Assembly (NCBI RefSeq): GCF_964355755.1
Contig: NC_092675.1
Coordinates: 17,456,912 to 17,520,911 of the forward strand
Source: Antedon mediterranea
Lineage: Eukaryota > Animalia > Echinodermata
Reading direction: 5' to 3'
Length of the DNA: 64,000 nucleotides
Shown piece after piece: positions 63,238 through 64,000 of this stretch. Each line of letters begins with the position of its first letter. Position 1 is the first letter of the stretch. Below the pieces are notes generated by a model. The model ran no database searches, had not been told where the DNA came from, and saw nothing but the letters and a program-made list of their open reading frames with translations. Made by a program: the position numbers and the translations under genes.

Positions 63238-63772
63238 AGATGTATTGTCCCTTTGACTAATTTTTTTTAATTATTTCGAAAAAAAGTGGGTCATTTTGAA
63301 GTATCATAATAGTTATTACCTTTCACCAAAAAATTAGTCGAAAAGAAAATCATTTAACTGAAATATAGACATTTTTTTGTTCAAAAAATAACTTTGACTT
63401 CCAGTCAAAGTTTTCGATCAAAACATATCTCATATGCAACGCGCTTGTTTGGCTACTCTGTATGCATAATCATAAAACTTCCTTGCGATCTGTGTGAAAA
63501 CACCTTCTCAAACCGCCGACGAGTTGTAAACAATCCTAATTAGCATCATGCATAATGCATACTCATGGTTTGAAATCTTTGTGTACTTTCGCTCGCGACG
63601 ATTTTCCAGCAAAATGTAATAAAATTAATTTATCGGTTAATTACGTAAACTTGTTGTTTTTGGCTCAAATTTTCGACTTAAAGTGAATAACTTTAATATT
63701 ACTTTGATATGGCCAATTTAAATCTAGAATATTTTGACCTTCATTTTTTGTGTTTCAAGGGACAATACATCT
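63238..63772. mobile_element. TTAA-targeting (Kolobok-like) MITE, inverted copy of 60924-61448
   Basis: TTAA|AGATGTATTGTCCCTT..AAGGGACAATACATCT|TTAA; a related end also lies at about 39530. Confidence 0.82.
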
Positions 63773-64000
63773 TTAACAATGTTGTTGGTCTGTACTGTAT
63801 AGTTTAGTTTATTTTATAGAGAGGTTAATTCCTTGATGTACTTGAAGTGCCTTCTCCTACAATAGAAACTTTCAGGAACAGTTTTATTTACAGGGCACCA
63901 TTAAATACATGTATGCTTCCCTAAATGCGGTGTCACTAAATTAGTTTAAGTCTGTTTAAACAAGTATTGGATACTGAAATAAAAATTGATATGTAGTGTA

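Overview
AT-rich, intron-containing animal genomic DNA, not prokaryotic. Gene and repeat content suggest a marine invertebrate deuterostome, but the species cannot be fixed from the sequence. Three host genes were reconstructed by hand from splice signals: the 5' part of PIK3C3/Vps34 (minus, runs off the left edge), a complete ~1366-aa CCPG1/PBXIP1-like type II membrane protein (plus, 29083-35422), and most of PIGB (minus, 5' end off the right edge). Most of the rest is transposon-derived: an 8.4-kb decayed Helentron with OTU, Rep, PIF1 helicase and AP-endonuclease domains; a near-intact L2/CR1-group LINE; a 6.8-kb nested TIR-element cluster; and many MITEs, HINEs and SINEs. The most notable observations are (1) a 2-kb templated duplication giving the CCPG1-like gene a ready-made alternative last exon with its own stop and AATAAA; (2) two different hammerhead ribozymes side by side in a PIGB intron, plus a third copy inside the Helentron; (3) two U12-type minor introns in PIGB; (4) an exact ERSE-II element and uORFs upstream of the CCPG1-like ORF; and (5) tail-to-tail CCPG1-PIGB linkage like human, with head-to-head linkage to Vps34. 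Coordinates were hand-counted and no database searches were run.
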